Shown: in pieces, positions 56,229 to 64,000 of the stretch | Position numbering within the stretch: the stretch's first letter is position 1 | Layout: each line of letters starts with the position of its first letter | From: Octopus vulgaris | Taxonomy: Eukaryota | Direction: 5' to 3' | Length of the DNA: 64,000 bases | NCBI GenBank assembly: GCA_951406725.2 | Contig: OX597817.1 | Location: 71,548,001-71,612,000, forward strand | The notes under the pieces: generated by a model | Database searches by the model: none | What the model was told of the DNA's origin: nothing | Seen by the model: only the letters and a program-made list of their open reading frames with translations | Translations under genes and position numbers: made by a program

Positions 56229-56573
56229 GATACATACATGCTTTAAATAGATAGACAGGCTGATATACACATACACATAAACACACGCACCCAGAAATAA
56301 ATTGACAGATGTACATAACTATGTGTTTGCATATGCGTGCCTGTGTGTGTGTGTGTGTGTGCGTGTGTGTGTGTATATGTGAATGTACGTGTATGTGTTG
56401 TATGTGAGTTTAAAGTGCGATAGAGATAGAGTTTACATTTGTACCGTTCTTTTGAGCTATCTACTGTGTTCTCTTTGTGTATAGAAACGCACATATATAA
56501 CACACCGCGCACGCATAAACACACACAGCACAGATGCACGCACATCGCAAACACACACGAACACCAAGCCCTA

Positions 56574-56626
<53 letters not shown>

Positions 56627-57156
56627 AATACAAACACATAGTCATACAAATATACACAAACACACATACCCACACTCCACTTAGTCTTATCGACAGATTC
56701 ACCAATGTATTTCCTCTTTATGTTTATATTATAAACAATCCTTCATTTGTTAGTTATTAATTTAAAAATAAAATGTAACAGTATAAAATTTGGGTCAACA
56801 TTTAAATATATAAGATAATTGTTTCCTCTTTAGATATCACACCAACCATGACATTCACGACACATCTGCCTTTGGTACAGAGAAATTTAATTTTATTTCA
56901 CGTGTTAGTTCTCCGGTTTCAAAACCCAATTACAAATTCCATTTTGCTGAAAAGTTTGATTTGATTCGATTCCCAATACATCATCAACACCAATATTATC
57001 GCCATCAACATCATCATCATGATCATCACCATCAGCATGATATTTAATATCGCAGTCGTCCTTTCGTCACGATTACATTCCTAGTCCAGCATGTTACGAC
57101 TTCTATGGTTTCTTTTATATTGATCGATTTCTGATATCAATGTAATTTATATAAAG

Positions 57157-58208
57157 TGGTGAGCTGTCAAATTCATTAGCACACCGGAAAAAATGCTTTG
57201 CTTCATTTCGTACGCCCTTACATTCCGAGTTCAAAATTCTACCGATGTTGACTTTGCTTTTCATCGTTTCGGGGTCGATAAAATAAGTACCAGTTGAACA
57301 CTGGGGTCGATATAATTACATAACCCCCTCCCAGAACTTACTGGCCTGAGGCAGCGAGCTGGCAAAATCGTTACAGCGCCGGGCAAAATGCTTATCGGCG
57401 TTTCGTTTGTCTTTACACCCTGAGTTCAAATTCCACCGAGGTCGACTTTGCCTTTCATCCTTTCGATTAATAAGTAGCAGTTGTTGACTGGGGTCATTGT
57501 AATCGGCTATCCCCACTCCGCCGAAATTGCTAGCCTTGTGCCAAGAAATTAAATCTAATATTAATGTAGTTTATACCATTACCATCGCGATCCTTATTAG
57601 CGTCATCATCATTACTATGGCAGAATGGCAGAACCATTAGAACTTCAGACAAATACTATTTGTGCAGAATTCAAATCTAATTGATACAAACTTTGCAAAA
57701 GGCCTGAAATGTGGGTAGAAGCTACTCGATTACATCTAAAAGGATGAAAGTTAAAGTCGACCTCGGCGGCATTTGAATTCAGAATGTAAAGTCAGACGAA
57801 ATACCTATTTCTTTATTACCCACAAGGGGCTAAACACAGAGGGGACAAACAAGGACAGACACACGGATTAAGTTGATTACATTGACCTCAGTACTGGTAC
57901 TTATTTAATCGATCCCGAAACGATGAAAGGCAAAATCGACCTCAACGGAATTTTTACTCAGAACGTAACGGCAGACGAAATTTCTTTACTATCCTCAAGG
58001 GGCTAAACACAGAGCGGATAAACAAGGACAAAAAAACGGATTAAGTCGATTATATCGATCCCAGTGCGTAACTGGTACTTATTTAATCGATCCCGAAAGG
58101 ATGAAAAGCAAAGTCGACCTCGGCGGAATTTGAACTCAGAACGAAGCAGCAGACGCAATACCGCTAAGCATTTTGCCCGGCGTGCTAACGATCCTGCCAG
58201 CTCGCCGC
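57157..58208. mobile_element. SINE family A cluster: two plus-strand copies (57157-57550) and a minus-strand multimer (57700-58208)
   Basis: Repeated family A heads and bodies in opposite orientations. Confidence 0.88.
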
Positions 58209-58209
58209 C

Positions 58210-58273
<64 letters not shown>

Positions 58274-58283
58274 TAATAATAAC

Positions 58284-58524
<241 letters not shown>

Positions 58525-58544
58525 ATTGTTTATAATATAAACAT

Positions 58545-58581
58545 AGATTTGTGAGACGGAAACTGAAAGAAGCCCGTCGTG

Positions 58582-58658
<77 letters not shown>

Positions 58659-58860
58659 ATATATATTTGTGTGTCTGTGTTTGACCCACCACCATCACTT
58701 TACAACCGATGGTGTGTTTACGTCCCCGTAACTTAGCGGTTCGGCAAAGGGACTGGCAAAATAAGTACTAGGCTTACAAAGAATAAGTCCTGGGATTGAT
58801 TAGTTCGATTAAAGGCGGTGTTCCAGCATGGCCAAAGTCAAATGACTGAAACAAGTTAAA
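58545..58860 (+). mobile_element. SINE family B, 3' two-thirds
   Basis: gacggaaactgaaagaagcccgtcg...ccccgtaacttagcggttcggc...cagcatggccaaagtcaaatgactgaaac. Confidence 0.9.
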
Positions 58861-58993
58861 AAAGAGAGAATATATATATATATATAAAACTCAACTTTTG
58901 AGAATTTGTAGTTCGTAAGATAGTTGAGTCATCAACATAATTAATAAGATTATATCTAATTAATAAAATAAATATATAAAATAAATGACTTAC

Positions 58994-59035
58994 CTCAACA
59001 TGAAGGAAACAGTACAGAAAGGAGAGAATCAACCC
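58994..59035 (-). CDS. 42-nt TM7 exon of the class B1 GPCR (GLILSFLYCFLHVE)
   Basis: ctttttgtttcag|GGG...GAG|gtaagt. Length, phase 0-0 and sequence match the conserved (Q)|GFFVAVLYCFLNGE| exon of secretin-family receptors. Confidence 0.92.
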
Positions 59036-59269
59036 CTGAAACAAAAAGAAAGCATCACCGATATTATAGAAAATATTGATTTATTATTAAAAGAGAATCA
59101 AGATATAAGTCGCAATGTCTAATTATCTGAGATCAGTCGTTGTTAATAACATTTTAATTGTTAGTTTTGTTAATGCTATTGTCGAAACGAGCTTCTGTCA
59201 TCTGCTATAAGCGCTTAAAAAATTAAAGTAATTATCTATGAACTTTAACTTTTATCTGTGACAATCATT

Positions 59270-59632
59270 GAACTGCTGCCATGCTGGGGCACCGTATTCA
59301 GAGATTTAGTCGAGAAAATTGACCCCATAATTTATTTGTAACGCCTGGTAGTTATTTTATCGGTCACTTTAGATGAACTGCTAAGTTACGGGGATATAAA
59401 TAAACCAACACCGGTTGTCAAGTGTAAGATGGGGACAAACACAGCACAAACAGAAAGACACATACATGACATGCTTCTTTCAGTTTCCTTCCACCAAATC
59501 TGCTTCCAAGGTTTTGGTCGGGTTAGTGTTTTAGTAGAAGAAACTTGCCCAAGATACCGCGCAGTGGGACTGAATCCCAAACCGCATGGTTTGGAGGCAA
59601 GCTCCTTAATCACATATCCTTGTTTGCACCTA
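59270..59632 (-). mobile_element. SINE family B
   Basis: gccatgctggggcaccg...ctaagttacgggga...cacttgccca-like core...gcagtgggactgaa. Confidence 0.85.
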
Positions 59633-59745
59633 TTTACTTTAGGTTTGTTTTTATATAATTTGTAAAATGAGACAGATTTGCATTCCGTGATAAGAAATAA
59701 TTACTGAGAAGTCAGTATATTGGAAGCTTTGAATGAATTGGAAAA

Positions 59746-59784
<39 letters not shown>

Positions 59785-59954
59785 CTGTGTGGTAAGAAAC
59801 TTGCTTGCAAACTATATGGTTCAGGGTTCAGTCCCATTGCGTGGCACTTTGGGCAAGTGTCTTCTACTATAGCCTCGAACCGACCAAAGCCTTGTGAGTG
59901 GATTTGGTAGACGGAAACTGAACGGAGCCCGTCGTATATATATATATATATAAT

Positions 59955-60159
59955 TTTAATCCAAATGGGAAAACAAAAAAACAACAACAGTGGAACAATT
60001 ACAGTATTATTATTAATAGGCGCTCAGGAAATATGGAAGCAGGAAGGTATGACGTTTCGAGCGGAGCTCTTCGTCGGAAACATAAAGAAGGAAGAGAGAG
60101 GAAAGAAAGATCCCAAAGCGGGCAACAGGAGATGGAGAAAAAAACGACTGGTGTTTACG

Positions 60160-60160
<1 letters not shown>
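59955..60160 (-). mobile_element. Hammerhead-family element, copy 5
   Basis: Reverse complement ends ...cctgagcgcctattaataat...ttgttccac...tttggattaa, like copy 3; (TA)n on both sides. Confidence 0.75.
60047..60081 (-). ncRNA. Minimal type I hammerhead motif (U4C variant)
   Basis: GUUU-CCGACGA-A-GAGC(UCC)GCUC-GAAAC-GUC-AUAC. Confidence 0.65.
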
Positions 60161-60202
<42 letters not shown>

Positions 60203-61289
60203 TCTGTGTTTGTTCCTCCATATTCGCTTGAAAACCGATGTTGGTGTGTTTACGTCCCCGTAACTTAGCGGTCCGGCAAAAGAGAACGATAGAAAAGGTA
60301 CTAGGCTTACAAAGAATAAGTCTTGGGTTGATTAGTTCGATTAAAGGCGGTGCTCCAGCATGGCCGCAGTCAAATGACTGAAACAAATAAAATAGTAAAG
60401 AATATAAAAAAGAAATGGTGGGAGGAGATGACCAGGATTAAATCGGGTAGAAAGTCGCTGATGGATTGGAGTAGTTCTGTCTAAAGAAGAAAACCTGAGT
60501 CAACGACTCTCAATCAGCAAGCAACAACAGTTAATTCTCCTTCATATTAGGCCCAACTGTCATGAAAAGGTGAGATACGACGGATAATATCGTTTTAATT
60601 ATGCAAAGCCCAATAAAAAGACGTCTTGATTATGACTGGGCAGCACCTGACAATCGGCTTGCTCAGTCAGTTTAGGATAACCTGGATCTAAACACTACTA
60701 TAAGGTCTAGTCTTTGTTGCAGAGAAGTGGATTATGTGCTTTAATGTATAGCGTGCAAGCCGTTGGTAAGCCACTCCGCTCCACCATGCTGAACAGGCCA
60801 AAGGAAATAGGCCAAACTAGCATGGACTGCCTCTCTCCAGGAGCAAAAGTATGCCTGCATAGGGCCGACAATTCTGACTTGAAAAAACCCAGCAAAGATA
60901 CAGAAGTATAAGTTTTTATGACCTGGTTCCAGCCCGGGCCGCAGCAAAAAAGTCCACCTGCCACACTTCTGGGACTAAGATCATTGCCTCGAGGTCCTGG
61001 ATATACTCTGGGCTAGTATCTGTGATCGAATTGTCGATATAAGTATGACAACGTTTTTCCTCTTATACTATCATAAAGTGGATTCCACAAGTCTAAATTG
61101 GATGCTTCCAATTCAGGGTGACGCACGCAATAACCAGATGGTCGCAGCCGTTTTTATCTCTTCTCTAACTTTCTGCAGATCACCATAATGGTTGATGCCA
61201 TTTCACATTCAGGACCATTCGTTGTATCTTTGCGTAGCAGCCATCTAACCTTGTTTGAAGAAATTACCAAACTATGAAAGACAATTCAA

Positions 61290-61373
61290 AAACAATAAGA
61301 CAGCTCAGAATTGAGATGAGTGGAGGAAAGTTGTCGATGGCGTATGTCCCATAAGGATCGAAGGGCTTAAGTG
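61290..61373 (+). mobile_element. RTE LINE 3' end fragment
   Basis: TAQN*DEWRKVVDGVCPIRIEGLK (cf. AQDRxxWRxxVxGLCP). Confidence 0.55.
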
Positions 61374-61885
61374 AAACAAGTGGGTCTAAATAACACCAAC
61401 AACGACATCATCACCAGAACTCACCTATCTGAAAGGCGCAGAAACTTAAAATATTTTGTTAAGTGGTTTAGAAATCTTAGTTATAACATTATTTCCTGAT
61501 ATTTATCGTATAGAAAAGACCAAATTTTATTCAGACAAAAATAGAAAAGAAATCATAATCTGTGAATACTTGATGCTTAAGATATTCATATGTAATTGCG
61601 ACGGAAATAAATATCTAAGCGTGACTCTATACATAATTGTGAATCATTTTCGGATGTATTCGCGTGCTTTTCGTTTGCATTTCCATTTTATGTCATATGT
61701 AATAACTTTCTTCCTGCGGACCGCCCAACTCTTCTCTGTCTGTTACTTCAAAAGGAAGATTATAAAGTAACTATGTATGTAGGAATACACACATACATAC
61801 ATACATACATACATACATACATACATACATACATACATACATACATACATACATACATACATACATGCATGCATACATACATACA

Positions 61886-61916
<31 letters not shown>

Positions 61917-61989
61917 GAATAAGTTAATCGATTCACAGTTCAAATGTTGTCATTATCTTTATCGCCTACGTGCACTTACATGTGTATAT

Positions 61990-62020
<31 letters not shown>

Positions 62021-62691
62021 TATATATGTATGTATGTATATCTGAATATGTGTGTGTGTACGTGCGTGTATCTATATATCTACATTATCTATCTGTCTGT
62101 CTGTCTGTCTGTCTCACTCTCTCTCTCTCTCTCTCTCTCTATGTATATATATATGTACATACAAGCATACTTATATACATACACACCTCAGTATATATAC
62201 GTATACATTTTTGGACAGAGTATTTGTAATTGTTAAGAAAGCCATCCACTTGTAAACGGCCATTCTTACGGATGTATAAACGCTGACACCAGAATGAAAA
62301 TACGTACACAACTGTAAAGGCCAATGCAGAAACATACGCAGTTATACACGCACTCACTGACGTCATCGTGGAAGCAAAAAAAAAAAAAGATGAAAGAAAA
62401 GGAAAACAAACAAAAAAGACCAAAACACCTAGACATGAAAGACAAACCAAAACATCTATGCTTAATGGTTTCATATGTATTGACAATTATCTGTAAGTTT
62501 GAAAATTCAAATGATAGAAAAAAAGTTCACAATTGTTCATAGTTACTAAGAAAACACTTCCTCCAGTGGTGTTCAAAATTCAAAAGACAAGACGTCAGTA
62601 ACATCAGCTATGAGATATATTTGAAAAGTATGGATGTGAATAGAACTTGTATTTAAAGCGACGGACATGTTTCGATCTTAGATCAAGTTGG

Positions 62692-62728
<37 letters not shown>

Positions 62729-63044
62729 AGAACCCAGCAGTGTTTAGGCATAAGCAAAATTTAGGTTAGTTAAAATATGTTTGTGATATATTTCAACTGT
62801 TAAAAGGCAAATCCACACCAGTTAATGTAGAGAAAAAATCTCTCTTATAGTAAAAAGGTGTGAAAACTCTCGGTTTGTTCAGTGTCGCCATCTATCAAGA
62901 CTTCCAGACATCGACGTTTCGTATTTTTTGACTCTTTGACTCTTGTCAATGGGATGTACCTAAGAGAGGCAAATTTAAACTAATATATATATATATATAT
63001 ACGCACATACGCACACACACATATATATGTATATACATACACAC

Positions 63045-63140
<96 letters not shown>

Positions 63141-63142
63141 TA

Positions 63143-63486
63143 ATAAATATTAGGGAATAAATCCAAACTTACAGGGAAAAATCAGATTTAGGATTGAATC
63201 CAATTTTATAGTAAAATATTATATTATATTAAATTAGAGACAAAACCACTATTAGGCAAATCAAGCAATGAAAGACTTAAGCCAATATAACATTAAAACT
63301 CGCCAAGAAAAATTTTTAACCACCTGATGAATGACTGCGACTCAAAAATTATGAAGACAGCAGGCGAAACGATCGTAGTGGGATATAATTATATATTTAT
63401 AATATTTTGTTACATCATATGTATTGGCTTAAGTCTTTCATTATTTGATTTGCCTAATATGGTTTTGTCTCTAATTTAATATAATA

Positions 63487-63487
<1 letters not shown>
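63143..63487 (+). mobile_element. Penelope-like pLTR remnant: ~66-bp inverted repeat enclosing a hammerhead, in (TA)n
   Basis: Arms 63221-63287 / 63422-63487. Confidence 0.8.
63320..63381 (+). ncRNA. Type I hammerhead ribozyme with palindromic stem III
   Basis: CCAC-CUGAUGA-[long, partly decayed stem II ...gaagacagcaggc]-GAAAC-GAUC-GUA-GUGG. Confidence 0.8.
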
Positions 63488-63573
<86 letters not shown>

Positions 63574-63574
63574 A

Positions 63575-63730
63575 TTAAATTAGAGATAACACCACTATTA
63601 AGCAGCTCAAGTAACTTTCCGAATATCCTACTGAAACCCCTTCTGAAATATATCAAAAACTTCATTAGAGTCGATCTAGACATGCTAAGCCACCTCTGAA
63701 AAATAATCAATGAAAAGACAGCCATGGTAT

Positions 63731-63732
<2 letters not shown>
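63575..63732 (+). mobile_element. Penelope-like element RT fragment preceded by the start of the pLTR arm
   Basis: ttaaattagagataacaccactatta, then SNFPNILLKPLLKYIKNFIRVDLDMLSHL*KIINEKTAMVS (cf. PLE RT LSxFIDxLLKP...SYIRD..D.L..L......LVSFDV). Confidence 0.75.
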
Positions 63733-63773
<41 letters not shown>

Positions 63774-63814
63774 ACATACACATATATATGCACTCACATA
63801 CACACACACGCACG

Positions 63815-63861
<47 letters not shown>

Positions 63862-64000
63862 ACACACACTCACATATATATACTGAAGTTCTCTCATCTA
63901 TTGATAAAAGGGATATCTATATCTTTGTAGTGACTCTTGATATACAGTCAATTCTGAATACCCCATTACTAGGTTTTGCAAGAGCTGCTTTTGTTCTCAT

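Larger units (their letters stand above)
59783..60395 (+). mobile_element. SINE family B with a hammerhead element nested in its internal (TA)n
   Basis: Head 59783-59935 and tail 60190-60395 are colinear with 7761-8266; foreign insert at 59955-60160. Confidence 0.88.

Noticed and set aside
61405-61440. Minus-strand ag|gtgag donor as the next upstream GPCR exon
   Set aside because: The preceding sequence has a stop and no TM6/TM7 (…SFQ) similarity; the upstream exon probably lies outside the window.
62139-62486. Hydrophobic minus-strand ORF as a GPCR transmembrane exon
   Set aside because: The hydrophobicity comes from T-rich low complexity, with no class B motifs or convincing splice sites.
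62905-62960. Minus-strand GAAAC-GTC with ACATC/GATGT stem in a TA-flanked insert
   Set aside because: The CUGANGA box and stem II are not recoverable; at best a heavily decayed relic.

Overview
AT-rich, microsatellite-saturated animal DNA. The SINE families and repeat landscape suggest an octopus-like cephalopod (inference). Most ORFs in the supplied track are microsatellite artefacts. The only well-supported host gene is the 3' end of a class B1 (secretin/CRF/DH44-type) GPCR on the minus strand: a 42-nt TM7 exon (58994-59035, GLILSFLYCFLHVE) spliced in phase 0 to the terminal helix-8/C-tail exon (51976-52353). The rest is mostly transposon debris: three tRNA-derived SINE families, CR1/L2-like, RTE, R4/Dong-like, HERO-like and Penelope-like retroelements, plus Tc1/mariner/pogo remnants, MITEs and Helitrons. 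The most interesting signals are: (i) a ~200-bp non-autonomous family, mostly next to or inside (TA)n tracts, carrying minimal type I hammerhead ribozymes (5 copies, with stem covariation); (ii) a separate Penelope-type hammerhead inside an inverted repeat beside a Penelope RT fragment; (iii) several TA-embedded fold-backs; (iv) a 3' stem-loop shared and covarying between a SINE and LINEs; and (v) an inverted SINE pair enclosing the in-frame skippable TM7 exon. All calls were made by eye, and TE boundaries are approximate.
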